Shown piece after piece: positions 1 to 7,445 of a stretch of DNA of 37,533 nucleotides. The DNA lies in IMG/VR virus record IMGVR_UViG_3300045988_154301, positions 1 through 37,533 of that record; one strand, written 5' to 3'. The notes under the pieces were generated by a model. That model did not search any database, was not told where the DNA came from, and worked only from the letters and a program-made list of their open reading frames with translations. The DNA is from a virus. Every line of letters begins with the position of its first letter. Position 1 is the stretch's first letter. The translations under genes and the position numbers were made by a program.

Positions 1-18
1 TTCCTTCCACCCCTGCCA
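1..18 (+). tRNA. 3' fragment of a host tRNA gene, probably tRNA-Trp; the rest lies left of the window
   Basis: It reads as T-loop end TT, T-stem 3' strand CCTTC, acceptor 3' strand CACCCCT, discriminator G and encoded CCA. From memory, the ending ..CCCCTGCCA with G73 and an implied A1-U72 pair matches bacterial tRNA-Trp. Confidence 0.5.
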
Positions 19-25
19 ATAAAAA
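1..25 (+). repeat. attL core, a direct repeat identical to 37509..37533
   Basis: TTCCTTCCACCCCTGCCAATAAAAA occurs at 1..25 and 37509..37533. The repeat may extend beyond the window edges. Confidence 0.85.
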
Positions 26-33
26 ATATGGTC

Positions 34-72
34 GCTCTAGAATGCAGATATATTAAGCACTCTAGAGCTTTT
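34..72. terminator. Hairpin between the tRNA end and the integrase 3' end, a possible bidirectional terminator
   Basis: GCTCTAGA (34..41) pairs with TCTAGAGC (61..68) and is followed by TTTT. The loop is long at 19 nt. Confidence 0.4.
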
Positions 73-90
73 ATATAGGTACAGATTTTT

Positions 91-118
91 GATTGTACCT
101 ATATTTGTACCCATATTT
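91..118 (+). repeat. Tandem 12-bp repeats (GATTGTACCTAT, ATTTGTACCCAT, ATTT); candidate integrase arm-type sites
   Basis: The same 12-mer, ATTTGTACCCAT, is repeated three times at 37331..37366 next to attR. An inverted GGTACA lies at 79..84. Confidence 0.6.
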
Positions 119-1251
119 CAAAAATTTAAGTTCATTTTAGACATGTAATCTTGGGCAATTTCTATATCGCTATTTTGATAATATTCAGTCATATTAACAC
201 TACTGTGCCCAAGTAAAGTTTTAGCTATTTTGTCAGGTACGTTACTTTTCATTAAAAAAGTTGCAAAATATCTACGCAAGTCATGTATTCTTATGTTAGG
301 GTTTATATTATTTTTTTCTTTAAAAGATTTCCAGCGTCTATCTATTATATTAGATGGAATACAATTACCTTTCGAATTTATAAATAACAAATTATGCTCT
401 TTGGCAAATTCGGGATTTATTAATCTTATTTTTCTTATTTCATTATTGTGAAATATTATATATTTTTTTAATTCTACTACAACTTGGTCCATAAGTGGAA
501 TACATCTTTTACTATCATTGGTTTTTAATACCTCTGTTATATAATATCCTTTACCTTTTTCAAAAGCTACTTGTTGTTTTACTTTTAAAAGCTTATTTTT
601 CAAATCAATATTTTTAGTATCGAGACCAAGCACTTCACCTAATCTTAGGCCAACACTACTAGCGATAAAAACAATCATATACAGTTGATAATCTTCTTTT
701 TTTAAAGTTTCACAAATATTTTTTAGTAAGTTATCTTTTACATGTACATGTTTTATTTTCTCTTGTTTAGGTAATTCAATAAAATCCATATAATTAGACT
801 TAATGATATGTTTTTTATATAAATATCTTACAAAACAACTAAAACAACGATTTATTCTTACAATAGATTTTTTACCATTCTTTTTAATTATATCATTATA
901 TAGTTTTTGTATAACATCATCATTTAAATCTTTAATTTTTATATTCAAAATTGGCTTTAAATGACATTTTTTAATACTTCTATAATCATTTTTTGTGTCT
1001 TCATTGCAATTAGTTTTATTGTTTAACCATATATCAAATTCCTTATCTATTGTATTATTAATTCTATCATTATTATTAGATTGAGTAAGTAGTGAATAAG
1101 GGTCAAATTCTATTTTTTTAATTAGTTCTTTTAATTTATCATTACATGCTTTTTTATTTTTATCATATACATAATTATACTTTTTTTCATAATTATTGTA
1201 TACAACACCACACCATCTATCTTTATGTTTTTTTATATGTCCTTTTAACAT
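118..1251 (-). CDS. int: Tyrosine recombinase / phage integrase
   Basis: The C-terminal motifs HDLRRYFATFL and LLGHSSVNMTEYY are typical of tyrosine recombinases. An SD GGAG lies 8 nt upstream of the ATG at 1251; the track start at 1284 lies upstream of that SD. The gene is adjacent to att. Confidence 0.9.
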   Translation of the reverse strand: MLKGHIKKHKDRWCGVVYNNYEKKYNYVYDKNKKACNDKLKELIKKIEFDPYSLLTQSNNNDRINNTIDKEFDIWLNNKTNCNEDTKNDYRSIKKCHLKPILNIKIKDLNDDVIQKLYNDIIKKNGKKSIVRINRCFSCFVRYLYKKHIIKSNYMDFIELPKQEKIKHVHVKDNLLKNICETLKKEDYQLYMIVFIASSVGLRLGEVLGLDTKNIDLKNKLLKVKQQVAFEKGKGYYITEVLKTNDSKRCIPLMDQVVVELKKYIIFHNNEIRKIRLINPEFAKEHNLLFINSKGNCIPSNIIDRRWKSFKEKNNINPNIRIHDLRRYFATFLMKSNVPDKIAKTLLGHSSVNMTEYYQNSDIEIAQDYMSKMNLNF

Positions 1252-1303
1252 TTTATCATCTCCTTTTATCTTTTGTAGTAGCACACTTAAATTATTTAAA
1301 GTG

Positions 1304-1729
1304 TTAGATCACCTCCTTAAGTTTATCTTCATATAAGTTATAAGCTTTTTCTACAAATTCAACAGTTATACCCAATTCATCGGCTATTTCAAATTTATTC
1401 ATATTTTGCATTAAAAATGATTTTAATGCTTTTTCTGGTATAATTTGATTAGCTAACCATTTGAAAGCTTTAAATTCATTTTTAGAACGTATAAGCATAT
1501 TATAATAATCATTGCAAAATGGTAGAGAAGGAGTAACACCTACTTTATAATGTGAAATTTCTTCAGCTAGTGTCATTTTTTCATTAACTCCATAAAGTTT
1601 ATTATCTAATAAAATATAATCTTCATTATCTATTTTCATATATAAACCATTTGATTTTTTTAATTTATTAGTATATGAAATATTAATATTTTCTTTATCT
1701 GCATAATTATATAAAGAATCTTTTGTCAT
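1304..1729 (-). CDS. ImmA/IrrE-like protein with a degenerate metal motif
   Basis: The layout resembles small clostridial ImmA/IrrE-family proteins: LAEEISHY where HExxH is expected, and a C-terminal ELGITVEFVEKAY helix. AAGGAGGA lies 7 nt upstream of the ATG at 1729; the track start at 1753 is a TTG upstream of the SD. Confidence 0.5.
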   Translation of the reverse strand: MTKDSLYNYADKENINISYTNKLKKSNGLYMKIDNEDYILLDNKLYGVNEKMTLAEEISHYKVGVTPSLPFCNDYYNMLIRSKNEFKAFKWLANQIIPEKALKSFLMQNMNKFEIADELGITVEFVEKAYNLYEDKLKEVI

Positions 1730-1779
1730 TTGTAAATCCTCCTTTGTAAACAAATGTTTGTTTTGAAAAGTTATATATT

Positions 1780-1802
1780 AGCACTACCTATTTTGTAGTG
1801 CT
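1780..1802. other. 8-bp stem hairpin between the MazF-like gene and the ImmA-like gene
   Basis: AGCACTAC (1780..1787) pairs with GTAGTGCT (1795..1802). There is no clean T-run on the minus strand. Confidence 0.3.
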
Positions 1803-1809
1803 TTTATCT

Positions 1810-2193
1810 TTAGTTAACTTGTCCATTATTAATATAAAGATTTAATGTTGCTAATATATCACATTTAATGTTATCAGTCATTTTTCCAATGTATTTATTG
1901 CATAAAGATTTTGGGATAAATTGAATGGCTCTCATGCGAATATAAGATTCTTTTTCCAATCTATTTATTTCATCAGGTTTTATCAAAATGTCTAGACAAT
2001 GATGCTGTAATGTTTGACTTGAGAGTGGAGCAATTAATATTACATCTTCCTTTTTATCAAAATTAAAGTTAGAATGTTCTATTACTACAACAACCCTTTC
2101 ATTATGATATTTTCTAAATAAATTATTAGGAAATTTTATTTTCTCATCAGGTACTCTCCAAATAGCACCCATTTGGTATTTTTTGTTATCCAT
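1810..2193 (-). CDS. PemK/MazF-like type II toxin
   Basis: The motif order matches the MazF/PemK fold: GAIWRV, then ERVVVVIEH, then VILIAPLSSQ, then LDILIKP, then ESYIRMRAIQFIPKSLCNKYIGKMTD. It overlaps the upstream small ORF by 8 nt. Confidence 0.6.
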   Translation of the reverse strand: MDNKKYQMGAIWRVPDEKIKFPNNLFRKYHNERVVVVIEHSNFNFDKKEDVILIAPLSSQTLQHHCLDILIKPDEINRLEKESYIRMRAIQFIPKSLCNKYIGKMTDNIKCDILATLNLYINNGQVN

Positions 2194-2350
2194 TATTTCT
2201 TATATCTGCAAAAGACTTTATTAAATTTTTTAAGTATTTATTGTAGCCTTTTGTCGTCCCTTGTTTTATTCTTTCTTGTAAACGTTTTTGAGCAGCTTTC
2301 ATATCTTCATTAGTTGGAACAAAAACATCTTCATCATATTTTTTTGGCAT
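2186..2350 (-). CDS. Small protein (54 aa), candidate antitoxin partner of the MazF-like toxin
   Basis: The ATG at 2350 is preceded by GGTGA. The 3' end overlaps the toxin start (2186..2193). The protein is charged and helical: MPKKYDEDVFVPTNEDMKAAQKRLQERIKQG. Confidence 0.45.
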   Translation of the reverse strand: MPKKYDEDVFVPTNEDMKAAQKRLQERIKQGTTKGYNKYLKNLIKSFADIRNNG

Positions 2351-2473
2351 ATTATCACCTATATTTCTATTACAAGTATTATATGCTTTTTTTTGATTTT
2401 TTACAACATTATCTAAAACAATATATTGGACATATTCATATTGAGGAGATACAGTTGAATTAAACATTGAACA

Positions 2474-2788
2474 TCACTCCTTTTTAAAGTTTTCTAAATC
2501 TTTTTTATAATTATCATAAGTATATTGTAGATTATTAATTAATTCTGGAATACGTTCTATAGGCAATATAATTCCAGTTTTATATTTTTTTAAAAAAGTA
2601 TTATCATCATCATATTGTCTTAATATTAATTTGCCATTTTCATCAGTTTCAGCTTCTGATGGGAATTTTGCAGATGTATCAACAAAAATAATTCTTGCAT
2701 GATCATTTATGTTAGTTGAAATTAAATCATCTGCAAATACTTCTTTGTAATCCTTATCTATTTCATAAATAAATTTTTGCTTTTTCAT
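2474..2788 (-). CDS. Hypothetical protein downstream of the repressor
   Basis: A 104-aa ORF with SD AAAGGAGA 7 nt upstream of its ATG. It is co-directional with the repressor. Confidence 0.7.
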   Translation of the reverse strand: MKKQKFIYEIDKDYKEVFADDLISTNINDHARIIFVDTSAKFPSEAETDENGKLILRQYDDDNTFLKKYKTGIILPIERIPELINNLQYTYDNYKKDLENFKKE

Positions 2789-2808
2789 AACATTATCTCC
2801 TTTTTTTA

Positions 2809-3138
2809 TTATTTCTTTTTATTCCTAACCATTTTAATAAAATCGTTTATAAATTTCTTTTCATCATCATCCATATCAGATATATCAAGACCATCTTTCA
2901 TACTTGCTGCGATTTGTATTGGTTCATTAAGCATGTCAGGTATATCTGTACGACCTAGTAAATAGTCGGTAGTAACATTAAAATATTCAGCTATTTTACT
3001 AGTAGTTTTTAAATCAGGCTCATTAATTTCTTTTTCATATTTATAAACAGTTTGTGGAGCAACGCCTAAATATTTTGCTAGTTCTTCTTGAGTAATTTGT
3101 TTTATTTCTCTTAATTCTTTGATTTTTTTACCTATCAT
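2809..3138 (-). CDS. CI-like XRE-family HTH repressor
   Basis: The N-terminus carries the HTH IKELREIKQITQEELAKYLGVAPQTVYKYEKE. The ATG at 3138 is preceded by AGGTGA; the track start at 3147 is a GTG inside the SD. It is divergent from the cro-like gene. Confidence 0.88.
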   Translation of the reverse strand: MIGKKIKELREIKQITQEELAKYLGVAPQTVYKYEKEINEPDLKTTSKIAEYFNVTTDYLLGRTDIPDMLNEPIQIAASMKDGLDISDMDDDEKKFINDFIKMVRNKKK

Positions 3139-3177
3139 AATAATCACCTAAAAAATTTTAAAAAATTATTTATTAAT

Positions 3178-3206
3178 ATTATAACATAACCAAAACGGTT
3201 AGTAAA
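3178..3206 (-). promoter_or_regulatory. Candidate repressor (leftward) promoter
   Basis: On the minus strand, TTTACT (3206..3201), a 17-nt spacer and TATAAT (3183..3178). The -35 overlaps operator copy 1. Confidence 0.5.
3187..3201. promoter_or_regulatory. Operator copy 1 (TAACCAAAACGGTTA)
   Basis: A 15-bp palindrome of the type TAACCG-N3-CGGTTA; one of four copies. Confidence 0.7.
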
Positions 3207-3212
3207 CATAAA

Positions 3213-3227
3213 TAACCGAAACGGTTA
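3213..3227. promoter_or_regulatory. Operator copy 2 (TAACCGAAACGGTTA)
   Basis: A perfect 6+3+6 palindrome between the divergent promoters. Confidence 0.7.
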
Positions 3228-3245
3228 AAATTTCCAAAAAAAGTA

Positions 3246-3274
3246 TTGACAACTAACTAATTTGGTTGTATAAT
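3246..3274 (+). promoter_or_regulatory. Early rightward promoter
   Basis: TTGACA (3246..3251), a 17-nt spacer and TATAAT (3269..3274); a consensus sigma-A type promoter. Confidence 0.8.
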
Positions 3275-3288
3275 AACCGTAACGGTTA
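3274..3288. promoter_or_regulatory. Operator copy 3 (TAACCGTAACGGTTA)
   Basis: The palindrome overlaps the last base of the -10 and the expected transcription start of the rightward promoter. Confidence 0.7.
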
Positions 3289-3303
3289 GCAAGGAGGTGC
3301 AAT

Positions 3304-3498
3304 ATGCTAAATAATTTAAAAGAATATAGAAAAAGAAATAACATTAAAGTGTCTGATATACTAAAAGTAATGAACACAAAGTATCCTATAACTTATTATA
3401 GAAAGGAAAATGGAGAAAGAAATTTTACTGCTGAAGAAGTTATTGTACTTTCTAATACTTTTAATATACCAAAGGAATTTTTTTTAAACAATAAATAA
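3304..3498 (+). CDS. Cro-like small HTH protein
   Basis: A 64-aa protein with SD AAGGAGGTG. It is the first gene of the rightward operon and has an HTH-like segment, NIKVSDILKVMNTKYPITYYRKENG. Confidence 0.7.
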   Translation: MLNNLKEYRKRNNIKVSDILKVMNTKYPITYYRKENGERNFTAEEVIVLSNTFNIPKEFFLNNK

Positions 3499-3510
3499 CC
3501 GAAACGGTTA
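3496..3510. promoter_or_regulatory. Operator copy 4 (TAACCGAAACGGTTA)
   Basis: It is identical to copy 2 and overlaps the stop codon of the cro-like gene. Confidence 0.6.
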
Positions 3511-3540
3511 AAAGTAACATAGAAAAGAGGTGAATAAAAA

Positions 3541-3771
3541 ATGGAAAATGACATTATTAATTTAGAAGAAATGTGTAAGATTTTAGATAAATCTCCAAAT
3601 ACAGTAAGAGATTATGCAAAGAAGAAAAAGATACCTGCAAGAAAAGTATTTGATGAGTGGTATAGTAGTAAGTTGGCTTTAAGCATGTTTGTTGCAGGTT
3701 ATAATCCAGAAGAAATCTACGAAAAAATTGCAGAAAAAGTATTAAAAAAATCAGTTGAATTATTTATATAA
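3541..3771 (+). CDS. Excisionase-type / MerR-like HTH DNA-binding protein
   Basis: LEEMCKILDKSPNTVRDYAKKKKIPARKV resembles the excisionase-family HTH. SD GAGGTGA. Confidence 0.6.
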   Translation: MENDIINLEEMCKILDKSPNTVRDYAKKKKIPARKVFDEWYSSKLALSMFVAGYNPEEIYEKIAEKVLKKSVELFI

Positions 3772-3792
3772 AATTTTAAGGAGGTGAGATAT

Positions 3793-3981
3793 ATGTACAA
3801 TTATCTAATAAGTAACAGAGAATTAATATTTGCAATACTAATAGCAAGTATAAGAGCAGTAGCAATTGCTTTTACATTTGCTGGAATAGTACAAACTGTA
3901 ATATATCAGATTACAAAAAAGATATTTGGTAAAGGTTACAGTATTTACAATGAAATAGAAAAATTTGTATTAGAGGGGTAG
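3793..3981 (+). CDS. Small membrane protein
   Basis: The ATG at 3793 follows AAGGAGGTG; the track start at 3784 is the GTG inside the SD. There is one hydrophobic segment, LIFAILIASIRAVAIAFTFAGIV. Confidence 0.6.
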   Translation: MYNYLISNRELIFAILIASIRAVAIAFTFAGIVQTVIYQITKKIFGKGYSIYNEIEKFVLEG

Positions 3982-3989
3982 GTGATAAA

Positions 3990-4274
3990 GTGATAACTAA
4001 GGAAACAAGAGCAGAGAGTAATTTAAAAGTGAAAAGAAAAATAAGATATTCACAAATAATAAATGAATTAGAAAAAGTTTATCCTAAAGGTTTATCTGTT
4101 AGGGAATTAATGAATAATTTAAATTTTAATGAAAGAAATTATATAGCACCAAGGTGTACAGAATTAAAAGATAAAGGAAAAATAGAAGAAATAGGTAAAA
4201 CTTACGACTACATTACAAATAGAGAAATTACAGTATATAGATTAGTAAAGGAAGAGGTGAAAAGTAATGTTTGA
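3990..4274 (+). CDS. Winged-helix-like DNA-binding protein
   Basis: GTG start after AGGTGA. The segment GLSVRELMNNL..YIAPRCTELKDKGKIEE resembles a MarR-type winged helix. Confidence 0.5.
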   Translation: MITKETRAESNLKVKRKIRYSQIINELEKVYPKGLSVRELMNNLNFNERNYIAPRCTELKDKGKIEEIGKTYDYITNREITVYRLVKEEVKSNV

Positions 4275-4479
4275 TTATTTAAAGAGTAAAGCTAAATTAC
4301 ACAAAGAAAAGAAAATGTTAATAGAAGAAAATTTAAAACTACAAGAACATATAAAAGCATCAAGAAAATACGAAAAATTTTTAGCAGATGAATTATTTAG
4401 ATATAAAGATGAAGTATATATCTTAAAACAAAAATTAGAAGCTACTACCGTGGAAAGTAAAACAGCTTCTAACATATAA
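4267..4479 (+). CDS. Hypothetical coiled-coil protein
   Basis: A 70-aa ORF with SD GAGGTGA. It overlaps the previous gene by 8 nt. Confidence 0.65.
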   Translation: MFDYLKSKAKLHKEKKMLIEENLKLQEHIKASRKYEKFLADELFRYKDEVYILKQKLEATTVESKTASNI

Positions 4480-4538
4480 ATATCAATTTGAAAAATACTT
4501 ATATTTATATTATATCACATATGTCAAGGGAGGTTGAA

Positions 4539-4988
4539 ATGAAAGATAGTTTTATTTTGTATTTAGAACAAAAAGAAATATTTGAAACTCTATCTGATAA
4601 CGAAGCAGGAAAACTTATAAAAGCTATATTTGAATATGAAAGCACAGGACAATCTCCTAAGCTAAGTAAGACTTTAAATTTAGTTTTTATACCTATAAAA
4701 AATGCATTAGATAGAAATAAAGAAAAATATCAAAAAGTAGTAGAAAGAAATAAAAAAAATATACGTAAAAGATGGAATAAAGAAAATACCAAAAGTACCA
4801 GTGGTAAAAATGGTATACAAAAAAATACCAAAAATACCGATAATGAACATGATAATGATAATGATAATGATAATGAACGTGATAGTGATAGTGTAAATGA
4901 TAATGATAGTGTAAGTGATAGTGATGTGCAAGCAAACAAAGAAAAAGTGTACACATTTTTGAAAGGATTTGGTAATTATGACAGTTAA
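4539..4988 (+). CDS. Conserved phage early protein (replisome-organizer N-terminal / DUF6291-like) with an acidic DN/DS-rich tail
   Basis: The ATG at 4539 follows AGGGAGG. The N-terminus, FILYLEQKEIFETLSDNEAGKLIKAIFEY, is typical of that family. The C-terminus is low complexity. Confidence 0.55.
   Translation: MKDSFILYLEQKEIFETLSDNEAGKLIKAIFEYESTGQSPKLSKTLNLVFIPIKNALDRNKEKYQKVVERNKKNIRKRWNKENTKSTSGKNGIQKNTKNTDNEHDNDNDNDNERDSDSVNDNDSVSDSDVQANKEKVYTFLKGFGNYDS
4839..4925 (+). repeat. In-frame GATAAT/GATAGT hexanucleotide repeat tract
   Basis: GATAAT x4 (4851..4874) is followed by GATAGT/GATAAT units. Together they encode DNDNDNDNERDSDSVNDNDSVSDSD. Confidence 0.8.
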
Positions 4989-5086
4989 ACAATATATTAA
5001 ACATTTAGCAATTATAACTAAAAAAACTTGTGATAAATATGATTTACCTACAAGTATAGATTTAAAAAAATATAGAGGTGAAGAGT

Positions 5087-5320
5087 ATGAAATGGACTAA
5101 TGGAGAACTAGTTGAAATATATGCAAATGCATACGACAACATACAATTAGCAATTGATGAACTAAATGAAGTTGATGAATATAAAGAAATATTAGAAACA
5201 CTAAAAGAAGCAAAAAGCGAGTTAGAAGAAACAGCTGAAAAGTATATGCAAGCTTTTAATAGAGAATGTGAAACTGAATTGGAGTATCAAAATTTAGAAT
5301 ATGAGAGGAGTAAAATATAA
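5087..5320 (+). CDS. Hypothetical acidic protein
   Basis: The ATG at 5087 follows AGAGGTG; the track start at 5078 is the GTG in the SD. Confidence 0.65.
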   Translation: MKWTNGELVEIYANAYDNIQLAIDELNEVDEYKEILETLKEAKSELEETAEKYMQAFNRECETELEYQNLEYERSKI

Positions 5321-5820
5321 TGAAAAATTTAAGTTTATATAATATAACAAATAGTTTTATAACATTATTTGAAAAAGCAGAACAAGGAGAACTAACAAAA
5401 GAAGAGATAGAAGAACAAGGCAAAGATTTAGCAATCTCTTTAAAAAATAAGAGTACAAGTATTATAGGATATGTAAGAAATTTAGACTTAACAAGCGAAG
5501 CTATAAAAAATGAAATTGATAGATTAACAACTATGAAAAAAGCTATTGATAATAAAAGCGCAAAATTTAAAGAATATGTAAAACAAAATATGGAAGAATT
5601 AGAGTTACAAAAAATTGATACTGAACTTGGAACTTTATCTATTGCTAAAAATCCAGCTAGTGTAGAAATATATGATGAAAGTATGATTGCTGATGAATAC
5701 AAGAAAGAAAAAGTAACTGTAACAATAGATAAAACAGCTATTAAAAATGCAATTAAAGAAGGAAAAGAAGTCGAAGGTGCTAGGCTTGTTGAAGATAAGA
5801 CAAGCCTAAGGATAAAGTAG
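5320..5820 (+). CDS. Siphovirus Gp157-family protein
   Basis: An N-terminal coiled coil is followed by the C-terminal segment GTLSIAKNPASVEIYDESMI..IKNAIKEGKEVEGARLVEDKTSLRIK, typical of Gp157. It sits upstream of Erf. Confidence 0.65.
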   Translation: MKNLSLYNITNSFITLFEKAEQGELTKEEIEEQGKDLAISLKNKSTSIIGYVRNLDLTSEAIKNEIDRLTTMKKAIDNKSAKFKEYVKQNMEELELQKIDTELGTLSIAKNPASVEIYDESMIADEYKKEKVTVTIDKTAIKNAIKEGKEVEGARLVEDKTSLRIK

Positions 5821-5828
5821 GTGAAAAT

Positions 5829-6482
5829 ATGAACATATATGAAAAGATGTTAAATATAACTAACGAAATAGCAAGTGTAAACAAAAACTTGACAGTTGGA
5901 GAAGGAAAAAGTAAGTACAAAGCAGTTGGAGAAGCTGATGTTTTAAAAGCAGTAAAAGAATTAGAATTTAAACATAAAGTATATAGTTATCCAGTTAACA
6001 GAGAAATAATTGAAAGTACTATGTATACAACAAGTAATCAATATGGTGAAAAAAATAATATTTTTAGTAGAATAAAAACAACATATAGATTTGTAAATGT
6101 TGAAAATCCTGATGAATATATAGAAATAATATCTTATGCAGAAGGAATTGACACACAAGATAAAGGAGCAGGTAAGGCGATGACTTATTCTGATAAATAT
6201 GCATTGATGAAAGCTTATAAAATTATCACTGGAGAGGATCCTGATCAAAATCCAAGTCAAGAGGAAAAAGTTACAAACAAGACTTATACAAAACAAAAAC
6301 AGGAAAAAATACAAGACGAATTAGTGTCTGATGTGCAAGCAAAAGGTATATATAAAGCACTTATAAAAAAATTACAAACAAATGAAGAAGTAGTTAAATT
6401 TTTAATGGATAACTACAGCATAGAAAATACAAGCAAATTAATGAAAAGTCAATATGCAGAGATAGTGAGAAAATTTAAATAA
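5829..6482 (+). CDS. erf: ERF-family single-strand annealing recombinase
   Basis: NIYEKMLNITNEI..KYKAVGEADVLKAVKE and GAGKAMTYSDKYALMKAYKIITGEDPD match ERF hallmarks. Confidence 0.75.
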   Translation: MNIYEKMLNITNEIASVNKNLTVGEGKSKYKAVGEADVLKAVKELEFKHKVYSYPVNREIIESTMYTTSNQYGEKNNIFSRIKTTYRFVNVENPDEYIEIISYAEGIDTQDKGAGKAMTYSDKYALMKAYKIITGEDPDQNPSQEEKVTNKTYTKQKQEKIQDELVSDVQAKGIYKALIKKLQTNEEVVKFLMDNYSIENTSKLMKSQYAEIVRKFK

Positions 6483-6545
6483 AAAAACGGCACTTTTATA
6501 CGTAGCAACATAGTATGAGAGTGCTTGTATTTTAAAGGAGGAAAT

Positions 6546-7013
6546 ATGGAACAATTTCAAAAATTATATATGTTTAATCCATTTACAATAGAAAATGCAG
6601 ATAGTCAATCTATAGGAATAACATACGCAAGTTTACAAGAAAAGCTAAACAAAGAAACAGATACACCATACCAAATAGCTCAGAATATTGAAATATATGC
6701 AAATATGAATTTCTTATTAGGTGAAATGATTGCAAGAATACAAAGAGAATATGACTTACTAAAAACTGAAATAAGTATAACAGAGAATAAACAAGTATAC
6801 ATGCAAAGAAAACAGTGGCAAGAAACGAATACGGAAAAAGCACCAGCTATGAGTTACTTTGAAGCGATGGCAAAAGAATATGTAAAAGAAGATAGTAAAA
6901 AATTAGCAGAATTAGGTTCTAAATTATTTAGATTTAAAAAAGCATATGAAAGTATAGAAGGAAAACAGAACGCTTTAAAAAAGAAAATAGAAGCTATAAA
7001 GTACGAAATATAA
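6546..7013 (+). CDS. Hypothetical protein of the recombination module
   Basis: The ATG at 6546 follows AAAGGAGG; the track start at 6525 lies upstream of the SD. Confidence 0.65.
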   Translation: MEQFQKLYMFNPFTIENADSQSIGITYASLQEKLNKETDTPYQIAQNIEIYANMNFLLGEMIARIQREYDLLKTEISITENKQVYMQRKQWQETNTEKAPAMSYFEAMAKEYVKEDSKKLAELGSKLFRFKKAYESIEGKQNALKKKIEAIKYEI

Positions 7014-7019
7014 GGAGAT

Positions 7020-7436
7020 GTGGAAATAGTGGATACCAGTATGTTAGCATTTCCAAAACCAAAAGATAAAAAGAAAGTAAAAAAAGATACAAAATGTATC
7101 AAAAATGAGAAAAACACTCGAAAAAATAGAAAAAGTTGTTCAAAAAAGGAAGAATTTTGTATAATGCCAAAAAGTAATCTTTATTCGACGACAAGATTTA
7201 ATGGAAGTGAAAGGCATGAAGTTTTTGAAGGCCGAACAGGAAATAGAGATAAATCTATAGAAGACGGATTAGTTATATTTTTAACACCTGAAATGCACAG
7301 AACTAGTTCCAAAGCAATTCATAAAGATTATGAATTTTGGAATAAGGTAAAAGAAATAGCAGAAAAAAGATGGTGTAAATATTATAAAAAAAATAAAAAA
7401 GATTTTAAAGACAGATATGGAAAAAATTATTTATAG
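7020..7436 (+). CDS. Conserved phage protein with a basic N-terminus (LAFPKPK) and an ERHEVF..LTPEMH..AIH motif, possibly NinG/HNH-like
   Basis: A long ORF with an ambiguous start (GTG 7020 or 7029, or ATG 7041). It contains two in-frame CGA codons (7119, 7233) read as Arg within conserved context. Confidence 0.55.
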   Translation: MEIVDTSMLAFPKPKDKKKVKKDTKCIKNEKNTRKNRKSCSKKEEFCIMPKSNLYSTTRFNGSERHEVFEGRTGNRDKSIEDGLVIFLTPEMHRTSSKAIHKDYEFWNKVKEIAEKRWCKYYKKNKKDFKDRYGKNYL

Positions 7437-7445
7437 GAGGAACAA

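Noticed and set aside
230-451. A plus-strand 73-aa ORF inside the integrase gene.
   Set aside because: It lies antisense to a clearly conserved integrase and has no SD. It is a shadow ORF.
3187-3510. The repeated 15-mers as a CRISPR array or transposon ends.
   Set aside because: There are only four copies, spacing is irregular, and each is itself a palindrome positioned on promoter elements. These are operators, not CRISPR repeats or inverted terminal repeats.
4693-5004. Three minus-strand ORFs (H/Y-rich, I-rich and S/L-rich) opposite the DN-repeat region.
   Set aside because: They are shadow frames generated by the GATAAT/GATAGT repeat. They have no SD and lie antisense to a well-supported gene.
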